64,000 nucleotides of DNA from Daphnia carinata (Eukaryota): assembly GCF_022539665.2 (NCBI RefSeq), contig NC_081333.1, positions 9,052,001-9,116,000 of the forward strand, read 5' to 3'. Positions 41,301 to 56,200 of the stretch are shown one piece after another. Position 1 is the stretch's first letter; every line of letters starts with the position of its first letter. The translations under genes and the position numbers were made by a program. The notes under the pieces are model-generated. The model was not told the DNA's origin. It saw only the letters and a program-made list of their open reading frames with translations, and searched no databases.

Positions 41301-44300
41301 CGTCTATCGTCACGCCAACTTTCATTTTACTGAGAAATCGATAATTTTTTTTATGTGCAGCTGCGCATAATTGCGATTGTGTTCTCTAATAATTTCAGAG
41401 TTCCCGCCATTAAATATTATTCTTTTTTTTTATTTTTTTATTTTTCTGTTTGGTTTGTTGTACCAACACAGATATCTAATTGCCTGCTGATTTCTATTTG
41501 CCCTTTCCCCCACATTCTTTTTATTTTAATGTTCAACGCGGGAATGTCATTGACCACCTTCCAATCCGAATACCCCGCAATCAAGTTCAGGCGACTTCAA
41601 CAGTACTTTAGCGATGACATGATGACGCCTTTTAAACAGAATTTTTTTTTTTTTTGGCGCGTTTTGAAAATTTAAAATTTAAAGTGAGCACTGCCGTTCA
41701 CGCAGACGGCGCATGGGTGTAGGAAACAGAGTGTGTTATAGGTATACGAACGACAGGTGGGCGCGCGCGCGCGCGCGAGTGAAAATCGGCACACCCCGCA
41801 ACGACGATTTACACGGCCCGTTGACTCGTGCACTTGTACTGCATGGAACGGTGTATAAACCACCGATCGGAAAACCTGTTTTTTTGTTGTTGCGGCCGCG
41901 TCTTCCACGACGAGAACGAAAACTGACAGCAATAACCGCTGTTGGTTTGGCTTGCCCGTAAAAAAAAAACAGCCAAGCGAACAGCAACAACATCAACGGT
42001 ATAAGAAAAATGATTGTTTTACATTTAGACGGTTAAGAGATGAATCGACTTTCACCACCTCGAGGCATACCGACGGTAGTTGCTGGCAAGCGCAGGTGAA
42101 CGAGTTATTTATTACGTATTTTTTTCTCTCTTTATGACAGCTTTACCTCGCGGATTTAAAGAGAAAGAAAAATGCTTGTTAAAATTCCAGGAATGTTCCG
42201 CGCATCCCACCCCCCCCCCCCCCACGCCTCATTGGCATCGTTATTCCAATCTTGACTGGTTTGAGACGTTAAATATTTTTTACGCGGCCCTTGGTAGAAA
42301 TAAAGGTCAACGACGTCTTTTAGATCCCCCCCCCCCCGTGTTCTGAAAATCCAGAACAAACCTCCAAAAGAAGCTTCTCCTCTTGCCTCTCCCTACTTCA
42401 GCCTGCAATGAATTTGCGAACGTAGTGGGCACCGATAACAACAGCCGTTGTGCAACGATTCTCCGTAACAAGACACTAGTCTGGCCTTTAAGAAGATGCA
42501 GTCGTTTTTATTTTATTTTCCACCGGTTGCATGTATGTCTCTTAGTCTCTATTTGGACTTCGTGAAAGTTCATCGCGCTTTTTGCAGAGCCCCTCGCGCA
42601 CAGAATTTGGTGATGGGACGGGCCCACATATATTTGAACGCAATAGTCTTAAGTATGGGCTCGTTCTACCTGTACTCGGAGCTCTGACTCTGCAAAAAGG
42701 TAAAACTGCTGGTTGGCGCGTACCGCTATGCATCTTGGGCGAGAATGGGCCCATACCTGACATGAATACTTAATAGCGCCAAAATATATAATTTTTAAAA
42801 CCAGAAAAAGAAATAGGAAAAAAGCGCAGGGATCAGAAGGTTACAACGCAAGTCTCTGTGAACTTCCTCTTTTGTTTTGGTCTGCCTCCTTTCTTGCGCG
42901 CTACACACACACACACAGAGCGACCACTACACCGAGACCGCGCTGTGTGTCAGTGTGTCAGCTTGAAGCGAACTCAAGGCGGCGCGTTCGTGGCAGAATT
43001 ATTTACATTCGTTGGTCGAGAGGAGCGCACGGGTGTTTCAATCACGATGTCCTCCCTCCGGATAAAAAAACATTGTTTTTTTGTTTTTCTTTGCCGCCAT
43101 TCCGCTCCATGTACGGAATAGGTCGTCTACCTTGTTCCGTCCGGTATATATCTTCGTGGGGTCCACTGCGTGCGTTGACATCGCCTGCGCACATTGATAA
43201 TGTAACATTATTCTATTCTCTCTCTGGGAATAAGAGAAAATGACGATCAATCAGAATAAAAACGTATATGTCGTGTTGGACCTACGTATGCGTGTGCATT
43301 ATTTTGTATGGCTGGCTAGTAACACTGAACCAATGGCATTTTTCAGGGCGGTCTGGGGTTGGGGGCATCGAGATTTGTATCGCGACTGTGATGGACACTT
43401 CGAGCGTAACACCAAAAAATGCACCCCCTTTCCCCCTCCGAAAAAAACTGGCCTCGATAAGTAGATCCAGTAACGAAGCGAGCTAAAGTTCCAGTCAATG
43501 TAAAGAATCAGTTCTTTTGCTGCTGTTTCTTTACCGATAATGATCGCTGTCCTATTTTTCTGTAGGCGCTTGTTTACATTAATTTTTCCCCCCGCTCTTC
43601 TCGTTAATTTTTTTTTTTTTTTTTTTTCAGTTATAGCGTGAGTAGCTATAACGAAGAACATACCTATTTCTAGTTAAGAACCTCTTGACTCGTTTCTTCG
43701 GATGGAAGGGGGCAGGAGAAGTAGGAAAAGAGCTCGAGAACCTTCACACAACAATTGCTGTTGTTGTTGCGGGGTTTTTTACTGTTAATGGAAATGAAAG
43801 AAAATGTCAGTCATGACGTTTTTCACGCGAGTCGTGATGGTGGCTTCTCCCTTACCTCGTGCCCCTCCATTCGTTCTTGCTGCTTTTTGTTTTGTATTGA
43901 TATTTTTTTTTGATTACTATTCCTTCCTCTAAGTTTCTTTTCTTTATTCTGTTTTTGTCTGGCTCGACTTTTCCGAGTGTACAGTGAGGCAGCAAACCTC
44001 TGCCGTTTGTGATGTTATGGGCGGATAATAAGCCTCTGTGTGTGGAATTTATCGTTCGTTACTTCTTTTTTTTTTCCTAGCCAAATGTTTACGTCTTTTG
44101 AAGGGAAAATTATAGACCTCAAGGTTTCGAGACGCGAGTATTATGCCAGCAACCCGCACAATAGGCCCATGGTATTTTATTTTGTCTTCTTATTCCTATT
44201 CTTTCCACCTTTTTATCTTGATTATGTTTCCTCGAAAGAAAAATACGTAAGAGTAAAGGGCTGGTGGGACAAAGAGGGAGGCATCACTGCTGTTAGAGAA

Positions 44301-44417
44301 AGTAGAGAAAGTGGGCTTCGGTTCAGTTCGGTCATTTCATTTATTTTTTTTTTATTCCACCCTTCTATTTATTTTTTTTTTCTCATACCAAAGTTTTATT
44401 TCACCTGAGTTTGCCTA

Positions 44418-44456
<39 letters not shown>

Positions 44457-47249
44457 GAATTGAAGAAGGTTATCTCACAAAAAAAAAAACCAAATAGTTA
44501 TGAGACCTCTTTTTAATTATAACACAAGAGCGGCGGTGTGGTTGGTCTTTTTTGCTTTGCCTACATTTTGTTTTTTTTCTTAGAAGAAACGGAATTTTTT
44601 CGTGGGGCTTCTGACCGCCGGCCATTATTAAACGTCCTTTTGCGGTTCGGTCTCATTTTCTTGTGTTTTTTTCCCTTTTGTTCTTATTTGTACGTTAACT
44701 CCCGGCGAGCGAACCGAGAAGGAAGGAGATATGTGTTACACGTTTGTGTTTGATATCTTGTTCTTTTTAGGATTGACGTGTGTTTTTTTGTTTTCTTTTT
44801 GTTGTTTTCAAAATTTAAGTGAAATTTTCTTGTTGTCCTCATTCTCTGAAAAAAAATTTCTTTTCTTCCGTTTATGTATGTGTCGGATATGGCGACAATA
44901 GCGTGAGGAATCCAAAACCAAAGATCGCGTCATTTCGCACCTGGAAGCCGAACTGCGCATGCAAACCGGACGGGCCCAGCAATTCCGCGACATCCTCGAA
45001 CAGTCGCTCCTCACGGCCAACCGTAGCAGCATTTCCGTAAGTCTTTCACACAATTCAATTTCCATTCTATTCAATTCTTTCATCGCCATTCATATATTTT
45101 TTTATAACTGTACTATGCGGGATTAACATAGCCCTATTGTCTTGTCGTGTTCATCGGCGTTCCGAACGACCAAGTCACGGCCGAACAACATCGACATTTA
45201 AAAATCTTTAAAACGAAAAAAAAAAAAAAGACGGGCGCTATTTTAATAGTTAATTATATCCGCTTTCTCCAATGAACATAAAAATCATTGGTTGATGCTA
45301 CCGTATCGCTTTGACCGCGCACGGGCGGTTAAAGTCTAGCCGAGCTCCATTGTTACGTGTGGTTATTATGGGTTGTTAGCGAATCGTGTTTTTCTTGTCT
45401 GCGGCTACAGTCTCCCCCACATATCAATACATGCCTGCGCGTATTGTATGATCATCATTATCGATGCCTCTTCATGATGGACGGGTATGAGTTGCTCTGC
45501 CACCTCTTCCAACTACCAAATCCGTCACGATGTGAACCCGCGTTATGAGCACGAGAGGGGGGTATTCAGTTCAACGGCAGAGAGATGCTTATGGATTTTA
45601 AAAGTCTACAGTTAGTTGCGGTTCACCTTCTCACGGTTCGCTTTTCGTGTCCTCGTGTTTTCTACAACCGCTGACGTGTTTATGTGAGTTTCTCGGAAAG
45701 AAAAAGCTTTTTTTTTTTTTTTGAAAGAAAAATGAAGCGATGAGCAACGCTTTTATTACAAGCAGCCGTCACATCCAGCCTGATGGATGACTTCTTTCTC
45801 TGTGCAACATGCCATCGAGAAAACAGTAGAAAGGATTGAGTTCAGAACTACCTCACAAACATCGCAGCAGCAAACGAATTAAAAACAAAATGTCCGACGC
45901 TTTAACGATTAGGTAACTACCATTTTACATGCGTGTATCACTTATTCGACGCTCCTCGTGTTGTTTATTCAACTGAATGACGACGGCCCACCACTCCCTC
46001 GGCGACACGCACATGTGTTTTCTCTCTTTCTCTTCGCTCTCTCCATTTTCAGATTTTTTTTTTTTTTGCGCCTGCGCTAGATGAACAACAGGTAGAAACA
46101 ACAATTAAGAGGAACCTTCTCCTGAAAGAGATGACAAGGTAGATGATAATACGTTATCCTCAACTTGATGGGTTTAATGTCTCCACAGGGTAGATTCATT
46201 GTTTATTAGGCATTAACAATTGTTTTTGTTTCCATATTTGTTACGCTCTGACCTTTTCGCTCCCCAACCGTCTTACCCCTTTTCGAAAATATTTCTTTTA
46301 AATAACACACGGCATTTTTTTGTTTTTATTTGGTGTGTTTGTTTTTCCATTTTCTCCCACCTTTTTCTCGTTTCTGGCGCCCTCTTGACGTATGTCGTAA
46401 TGCATCAGGCATTGGGGTGACCGGCAAAGGGTCGTGCTACTTCTTATTCTATAAAGCTGTCGTCTTATTTCTCTCTTTATGGGCGTTACATGACGAAAGG
46501 ATTCCTTTTAAAAGCTTTTCATCTACTGTAATGTCTTAATCCCTCGCGACATCTTTTATGCATATATTTACACTTGTATCTTACATTCGAGTTGGGTGAC
46601 GAGCAACTCTTGTTTCGAACGCTTTCGTGTGTCCATTTCGAACCGTAGGATCGCATACCAAAAAAAAAAAAAAAAAAAGAAAAGAGGAAAAAGCGTGTGC
46701 AGCAATAAAATGCAATCAGCCCTTCTTTTATTCTTCTTTTGCCTTCCGCCGGCGCAGATGCGGTTATAACGAGGTTGACTCTCAAATGAACGACACTGTC
46801 TAACCTCTTTCTCCCAGTCTCCTATATGCCGGTCTTTGTATGCATCCCCCAGCGCCTCGGTGACGTACGAAATCTAGACGTCTGTATCGGCATCCCCTTT
46901 TTCTTTTTTTCTTGTCGTGCAGAAATTACTTTGCGAGTTGCGTGCTAAACTTTTGCCAACTTTATCCCAGACTTTTTTTTTTTTAATTTTTATTAGAATA
47001 TTTTTAAAGGGAAAAAGACCATTTTATTTCCATTTTCATGGACCTTTTTTTTTTCCTCTCACGTTGTCGATACGAGCACGAAAGACAAAAAGAAGAACGA
47101 CCAGACAAAGTTGTGATCACGCAGGTGACCCTTAGTGATCCCTTCTAGGCGACTCTCGAACTGTTAGTCTCCTCTGCGATACCACAACAACGGCCGAATA
47201 ACTTCACTTAATGGATAATGGGATGACTCTTAGGGCGGAATTTATTTCC

Positions 47250-47288
<39 letters not shown>

Positions 47289-50200
47289 TCTTGTCTCTTC
47301 GGGCACATCGTGCGCTCAACAATAGGGAGCAACAGGTGAAACGACAAAAAGACACTAAACAAAAAAAGATGGAGGGGAACCGGTTCGTTTTTTGTTTTTG
47401 TTTGCTTGATTGGTGAATGAGAAGGAGGGGGGGGGGGGAGGGCACGCTATCGGGAAAAACAGAATGTACTTTCACTGTTCCAATGATGATCTCTCTCACT
47501 CTACGCGCCCACCCCCCCCTTTAATTTGGTTTGTTGTTTCGCTCTCTACGCTCTCTATTTCCAAGACGGTGCCGGGATGTCTTTTCTCTTTTGATTCCAT
47601 TACCTGGGCCTTGACTTGACTATCTAAAAAGATAAATGCGGCCACGAACGAGATGGAAGGGAAAAAAGAAAAAATTACAGAATAAGATGATCGGATCGAC
47701 AGCGACTACTGCCGCCCGTAGTTGCGCGTTATTTTATTTTTTTCTAAAGCAAAACGATCAGAGAGGAATCTCGCCGTAAATCAAACAACTAGAGGCGTTT
47801 TCTCTGCGCTATGCAAGTGCACAGCAACAGGAAAAGAAAAAAGGCAAGAGAGAGAGAGAGGAGAAAGAGAGAGGAGAAAGCGTGATAAGAAGAGAAACAG
47901 GTAAAAGAAGAAGGGAGGTGGAGGCTGAACTGAACCTGTGTTTATACTAGCGTCCGTCCTCCCTCCCTTCCCTTTGAGAGCTCTGACAATGCCCGGCTTG
48001 CAAGCTGTACGTTGCCTTCAGTCGTGCTCCGCCCGTCCGACAGTGTGCTAGCTAACGTAAGCGCAACTCTATCGCTATCGCTCGCGCAAAAATCACAATC
48101 AAAAAGCGCTTTTTGAATTATTTATTTTGAACGCCAGTGTAGACTAAAGGCTTTTCTTTACGCTTTTCGTTCTTTATACGCTACATAATTCATCGCTTTG
48201 CATATTAAAAAGTGATTTTCGCTTTGAGTGCCTCTGTGCTTTTGTGAGTTCATCGTTTTAAATCCAACGAATTCAACAAGAGGATTTCGTTCTTTTTTGT
48301 TCAGCTGAAGATTTAAATTTTCAGGTGAGTTCCCGCGAATTTACAATTAGCAATTTCAAATCAATCGTTCCGTTATTGTAAAAGTACAATACTTTCAAAT
48401 GGGCGATAGTGAGATGGTCATTCAAAGGCGAAAAAGAATAGATAGTTGTAGCATAGTTTTGACATATTTTCCACACTGTTCATTGGACTGACGCCTAATG
48501 TCTCCACAAAATTGCAAAACCCAATCGTAAATATTAATTTGAAAAAAAATGTGATGTAAAAAAAAAAAAAATGGTACAGCAGCAAAAGAGATTGTTATGA
48601 AATAGGGCCGATATTAACGGTTGGCTTCTTACGGCCGGACGCGTGAACACCTGGTCATTAGCACGCCATTCTCTACCTTACTCAGTTCAACACACGCTGC
48701 GGCGACCGAGTCTGTGTACTTGAAAGATATGGTTCGAATGAGAGTGCAATGTTCCACTTGCACCATCATTCTTTTTCTCCCGCGCTGTTTGTTCATCTTT
48801 TATTTTATCCTTTTTTGAAATGCGTTTTAGTTTATCATCATCAGCCATCATCCTGTCCAGCTATATACTTAAGCAATATAAATGCACAGAACAGCTTTTC
48901 TTGTACACGGGAACATGTTTGTGATTGACTAAATTCACATTTTGAGCCTGGACGTGGCAGCTGTTGAGCCTCCTGCTAGCTATACTTAACTCACTCGGGG
49001 CGAGATGAATGTCAATGATCGTAAAAATCGCGGGATAACGGCGCCTATACATCCATAACATTTCGTCATTTTACACGATCGTTTCAGTATCGCAGGGTGG
49101 CCGCTTGCTTTTCTTGTTCCGCTTTTTTTTGTGTGGATAGCAAGCCTATCGTTCGTTCATCGGCTGACCCGCGTGAATTCCATCTCAGTTTCTAAATGAC
49201 TTTTAAAAGTCACAAAAAGAAGGAATAAAACTCTTCGGCTTAAAAGTAATAAATACAAATTGAGAAGAGCGAAACAAGGACCGTTACCCAGATGGCAAAA
49301 GCGGAACTCCATCTACGGCGCTGTCCCGAAAAGAAAAAAAAAAAAGGCATTCAGTATTTTTATTTTCTCTCCTTGTTTTTATTCTTTCCTACTGACCCAC
49401 AACTTCCCTCTAGTCCCGACCAACCTCTTACCAGCAATTTCTTTTAGTCGATCTCCATCTCAGACTTTTTTTTTCTTGTTGTTCAAAGCGAGTTGGCTAT
49501 CTCCTTGTTTGTGTATTTTGTTCGCACTCACGTTCGTGTCAAGCCAAAATCAACCAAAAATCTTACCATTGTTTTTTCTCTTTTCGCATTTTCTCTTGCG
49601 TTTTCTCCCAAACTCCATGTATGGATAGATTTTAAAGCGAAGTGATCTGGTCCAAACGGTTGACCGAATTGTACAGACCCGGTAACGCAATGCGAAAAAC
49701 AAAAAAAAAACCTGTCTCGTTTGAGTCTATTTCGAATTGATGCGTGCGTAGAAGAAGAACTTTTGCCGAAGGGTTCGCGACTTTTAAAGTAGTGGACAAA
49801 CCTCATTCCTTTATTTTTTTTTTTTATTTCTGTTTTCGTCGATAACCTCAATTTATTTCGGGAGGAATGTCGGTTGAACTGGAGCAAATATGCTTCGCTT
49901 TCGGGATAGCGCTGTCCATAAAAAAAACGCGCATACCTTTATGAATAATCAATGAAGTTTCATCGTGATTTTTTTTCTTCTCTCTCTTTGTTGCGCATTG
50001 TCACATAATTTTTTGTTTTCCTTCCGCCTTCTATTTATGCAGGGTCAACAGAACACCCATAATGAGCGTGATGAACTGATTGCCAGCGAACGTAAACTAC
50101 AAGTCCTCGTGGATGACCTTCGGGAGACGATGCGGCATCAGCAAGACACCTTCGCTCACGAAAAAAAAGAACTGGTACTACTTTCACACGTATCTTAACT

Positions 50201-53200
50201 ATTCATCACCTTCTGTCCCATATTTTTATTCTCTTTTCGTGACGCCTTATCTTCGTTCCATGGTGTAACAAAAAAAAAATATTGCCGCATTCAAATTGTT
50301 TGCTTCATCTCCTTTCGATGTTGGCTCCTTGTCGCGTGTGAGACGCGCTGACATCGGTAAAAAAAAAAAATGAACAACAAGAGACACACAACAATGGCAA
50401 CAACGCCTTCTCACGTTTCCGGCAATTTATGGATGAAACTCTTACCAGTCATTAAAGCGTGATCTCTTCGACGGAGTGCTAGTAGGGGTGATTCAGGTTG
50501 CCCCGTTGGGGTTGGAGGCGTGTACATTCTAATGTCATCTCGGGATTGTTTTCACGAAATCAAGGAGAAAAGCAACAATTTATGATTAGAAAAATGTCGG
50601 CACATGAATCAAAGTCCCGTCTTGTCCTCGTTTCTATTTTATTTTTTTTTTCATTTATCTTGTTTTACTGCTCGCTCGCAGGTCGCGACTCGCGAACACC
50701 ACGTTACGACATCCTCTAATGTTCAATAGCGTTAATCTATGTAGAATGTCAGGTTAAATCTTGTCCTGATGACTTCCATCGAAAAATAGAAAACCGGAAC
50801 AAAATTTTTAGGCCAGAAATATTAATAGGACAGTTTAACCTAGTAACGGCATCGCATAACATCAGTCATTTCAGCTCTCATCCACCATCTTTTATTTCGT
50901 AAGTCAGAAATAGCTATGGAAAAAAAAAACCTTTTAGCAATCAAAGTGTCGATCAAGTAAAAGCCAAACGCTGTTCATCGATCAATTTGATTGGCATGAA
51001 ATTTCAATTTAGTGTTTTTGCATTCTCGAAACTAATGGTTTTCATTTTTATATGAATAATGACCATCGATTAATTTTCCTTATTTCTTTCACTTTGTTTT
51101 TTTTTTCTCATTTATGGAATAAAAATTTTCAGCTTCGCCGGTTAAGTGAGACGGAACGTCAGCAAGGTTCGCTGCGCCAGAAGAACAAGCAGGTCCTGAC
51201 CCGCAACGTCCAGTTGGCCGTCAAGAGCCAAGAGTTGGCCGAAACAGTCAAGACCCTCCAACAAGTTCAACAGCCAGCCGGCGCAATGTCGACGACACCC
51301 GACACCACTAATTTGAAGAGAAGCTTGACAAGACCAAACGTTAATCAACTAGGATCACCATCCAAGGCAAGCCCTTTATGTTTAATTAATTTTTTTTTTG
51401 TTAAGCTTCAACTGTTCCGCTGACATACATTCACCTTTGTCTTGCTGTCGCTAAGCGCAAACATAACGAGCACTTTGTGTATCATCGTCTGCTACACTGA
51501 TTTCCTTTTTCACCCAATTTCTCGAGCGCCATTTCTCTTACATCTTGGCCATCGCACGCTCGTCATTGTCGTTTGTTAGCTGGCCCGTTGACCATATTCG
51601 GGTTGACAAACAATGTATTTGCATAAGTTTCAAACATCATGCGCACAGATCTCACTTTAAATCATCGCTGAGGATGACCACACGCTGTCGCCATCACGTT
51701 GCGCTTCAAAAGCTTTCCAGGACTCTTCGGAGGGGATAACAGAATGTGAGCGAGTGAAAAAGAAAAAAAGATACTCGCTAGTCTCACGCGATGCGTGTGT
51801 AACAGCTGAGCCATATTGACAAGCAAAAGACGTTCAGGAAAAACTAGCTTAGATTAGAATTTAGAAAAAAAATTCAACTGAGGGCGGTGCCAAGGTTCTT
51901 TGCATTTTGAATGGTACGAACTGGATTCGCCCAACATTTTCTCTTTTTTCGTTTGCGTGTCTCTTTATGAGGGAACCCTATACCGATGCTCGAATACCAT
52001 CTAACTTCTCTCTTTTTTTTTGAAATGTTTGAAATTAGAATGACAAGCAACGCAGGATGGAGTACGTCCAACAAATCCAAAAATTACGCAAAGAGCAACG
52101 CTACTACTCCATGTGGGAATTGCCGCCATTGCTTGAAGTAGACACTGATGGCCTGGGCTCTGATGGCAACGTTGACTCGGATGGTTCCTTGTCTCCCGCT
52201 GCTACCTCGGGCGTTACATCCTGCTCGTCCGATTCGGCCTGGAGCGAGGTACGCTTTTTAAAACTTCAGCCTTCTTTGATTTAAAAAGCTTTTAACTTCC
52301 AGCGGTCTCTGTCTGGCTTTAAATAGCCATTAAAGTTTATGCACATGTTGACTCGATTGTTTTGACCGTTGAACCGCTGTTTCCGACGCTAGATTTCACC
52401 TGTAGAACGACCACATTAAACAAGAGGCGTTTCATTATATGGCTCATGGGAGGGCACGACCAACAAAGACTTACACGGTCATGTAATTAAGAAGAAACGC
52501 TAACCGTTCAGCTGGTAGTTCATTGATATATTTCAATGTGTTCCTACTCTTACTTTGTCAGATTGGATACGCATTCAGCCATATGTCAGAGGGCGGAAAC
52601 GTAAAAGTCAGTTCATCATTTTTGAATTGCAATTTCAAGCCCATCTCTTGCATAATTAGAATTATACGAGATATAAAAAAACGCAGTTGGAAACTGGTTC
52701 CAACCCTTTTTGCTTATTTTGATCGATCACGTTTGCATGATGGATCGGAATTTAGATTCAACGATTTACGAGCAAAAGAAACTGCGTGCAAAAACCCGTA
52801 TGAAGTTGTATTCAAAATTAGATTCAAAGGCGAGATTGAACTGTTAATCTGCAAATGAATGCAACTTTATTCCAGAAACTCCCGTGGCGTCGTCTGCATC
52901 GCTTTGTTGCACATTTCTCATTTTACACGATTGTAAATTTTCATCTTTCTCTCCTTTTTTTTTTCATTTAATTTTTAACTACATCAGGACACGCGGCGCG
53001 AATTGGAAATGTTGTTCTCGCAGCTGTCGCGCGAGCATTCTGACCTGCAGCGTAACTACCAACTGCTCCACGAAAAGCTGCGCCAGCTGACGTGTTTCTC
53101 GGACGCCGATGCGGCCAACGTCAACTACGCCACACTGCAGGCCGATTACAACGCGGCCAGGGCCAGGATCCGCGACCTGGAAGAGATCCTCCAGTTGAAA

Positions 53201-56200
53201 AACAGCCGCGAAAGAGAGGCTAATGAAGGCGCTAAAGCCGGGAACGTGACAGTTGTCCCGTCTCTGCTGGAAATCCAGGCGAAATTTGTGCGCGAAAAGC
53301 ATATCCAGCAGACGCAGATGGCCATCTTGGTCAAACGGCTGGAAGAGGCCAAAGAGCGCCACCAATCCGTGCAAGCTGAATTGAGTGAAGCGCGAGATCA
53401 GAACGAGTTGCTCGAGTTCCGCATCCTGGAACTGGAAGAGATGCAAGAAAGGGTACACAATTCTTTGAATTTGCAACCCGTTATTTGAGCCAACTAGGTC
53501 TTTAATTTGCGTTTTTTTTTTAATTGTATGTTTTGCTGATTAGGCGCCGTCACAATGCTCGACTGACCAGCGAGACCGTAAGGACGTGTGCACCGACACG
53601 GATTCTGATGATGTGTCGGTGGGTGATTCAGGCATTACATCACTCGCTTCACTGATGGTCGAGTGTCCATCACCAGTCTTGCCCAGGAGCCCGTGCAGTA
53701 GCGGATCGTCTTTGGACTCTGATTATTTAGTACTATTATCTTTCATCATTTCATTCCCAATTTGAATTGAAGTTTTGTTATTGAATCATAGTTCTAATGT
53801 TAATATTATTTGTTTGTTGTGTCTGTAGGGCGAAAAGATCTCGTCTGTCAAAGCTGAACTCCAGTTGATGGTCTCTTCACTGAGCGATCCGTCCCAGAAA
53901 ACGGTGCTGGCCCAGCTTCAGGCGCTTTTGGGCGTTTGCCAATCTCGGCTGGCCCACAAGAGTCCCAACACCAGTGAGGCATGCACTACGAACTGGGATT
54001 GGCAACTGCAAGAGAGCGGCATCTTCGAAGAAGATCATCACAGCTCTGTGGACGGATCCACGCAGACGGAATCGGTTCAATGTGAATCCCAGAACGGGGA
54101 TGTCAGCATCCGGGTAACTGTACCGTTACCACTTTGCGGCCGTGTCATGGAAGATAAAGAAGTTCAGATGGATTCGGTAGAAATGGATCACAAATTCGTG
54201 CAAGCAGTTGCCAATGTCCAGGATTTTGCGACTCAGACTGATCCCATTATTAATGACATCTTCAATGAAGAGAAGAAAACGTATCGAGATCAGGCCGTTC
54301 AGGCGTTTGAACAACGGCACGACGTCATGGAGGGATTCTGTCAGACAGAGGGAGAAATTATGACTCTGGCCGAGTTCCGCGACGTAGAAAGCTACTACGT
54401 CCAGCAGGTGGAAATGTTGCAGAAAGAGAAGGCGAGTCATCGTAAAAAGTTCCAGGCCAGTCGCGACGAGACGGCCAAATCGGTGCAACAGCTGGAACTG
54501 TTGGGCCGGCAGTTCCAGGAGCGCGAGAGGCAGTTTGAGGAGATCCTACAGAAGAATTGCCGAGCTTTCGAGCGGGAACTCGAGGCGGCCCGCAACATGA
54601 ACGACAACGAGCTCTCTACGCTGAAAGAATGCCTCCAGCTCGTCTGGCATGAAGTCAAGGACTATGCGAGCGTGACTGACATGCCGAAAACATCGGTCAT
54701 GGAGTTTACCCAGGCTTTGATCAGTTCACTTCATGGTGTTTGTAGCGAGCTCGGCCAACTGAGGATCCGCGTCAATGATCTTGCCGAAATGGAACAGGCT
54801 TTCCAGACGACGTTGCGACAAGCTGACGGTTTAGTTCACAGTATGGAAGAAAAACATTTGCAGCGCATCAGAGAGCTAGAGCTAACAGAAAAGCAATTAA
54901 GGAATCAGCTCAGTCAACAAGTTGGACGTCATTTAGACGACGATATGGATGGAAGCCTTGAAATCAAAATCCAAGGTAATTGCCGTTTCCTTGGTTTTAT
55001 TTTGAATGATTTGTTAAAGGGGTTTTATGTTGATCAAAATTGAGCAGAACTGGAGCTCGAGAAGGACGCCCTGTCGTTGCAAGTCGGAAAGTGCCAAGAG
55101 TTGGAAGACTATTGCCAGCAACTTCATGGCCGGCTAGAAGAATACGAACACCGTGAACGAAGTTTCCATCAAGCCGTTCAGGACGCGGAGCGTCGCTTCT
55201 CCTCCAGGTTGGACTGGCTTTTACCACAAAACTTTGTTTGTGCATACCTAATTTGTGTTGTTTTTGTTCAGAGAGCAAAGATATCGTGAAGAAATCCAGC
55301 TGATGCAAGCAGAATTAGAAAAGTGCCGCGAAAATGAAACGACGTGGCGTCAACGACTGGAACAAAGAGACGGTCAACTAGGCCTCATGAGAAGTGAATT
55401 AGAGGCCGAACAAAAGACCATTGCCGGCCTAGAGGTAGAAGTCAAGGAGTTGCAATCCAAATTAGACAAGGATGACACCTCATTCAGGAACGAGGTCTGT
55501 AAAAACAGGCAAAGTCAACGAATGAAGTTAAACAATTCTATTCACGTGGGCGTGCTTTATTTCAAACAGGTGACCAAGTTGCGTTCGCAGCTCACTACCT
55601 CCCTGGCACAGTTGAATGAGCTTGAATCACTCAACTGTCAGCTTCGTGAGAAAATCGTCGAATATCAGAACACGATTTACTCTCTGCAGAGAAGTTTGGA
55701 CGAAAAGAACTGCCAGAATGGAACCTTGGCGGCTGAAAATAGCCGACTAGCGCAGGCTCAGATGGAAATGATGAGCATGTCGATGGTCGCCTTGGGCAAG
55801 CCCTTAACTGAAGAGCTCCTGGAAATTGAGTCGGACGAGGGTTGCATGTCATCCGACCCTGTCGTTGTAGCGGACGCAGCCACCGCTTCCTTGGACGACT
55901 TCCAAGAGATTTCGTTGCCTACCACGCCCACTGTAGTAGACGGCTGTAACAACGTCTTCGAGGAACATTTCAAAGTGCTGGAGTCGTTAGAGAATTATTT
56001 GGAATCACAGCATCTAATTGGGGCAACAGTGGAGGATAACGATGAGTCGGGAATTTCTACATCACCTTCCATCCACGAGGTAATGAAGACTTACTTGATG
56101 TGGCTCGCTGCTGAACTCAACCTTCATTGTTTTTATTTCATGATAGAACGAGAACTTTGCGCTGTTGGAAGCTCAATTGGCGCAGCTTCGAACCGAAAAG

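Noticed and set aside
31280..53000. Dozens of 60-200 aa ORFs rich in F/K/L
   Set aside because: These are translations of poly-T/poly-A intronic DNA or antisense shadows of real exons, with no recognisable motifs.
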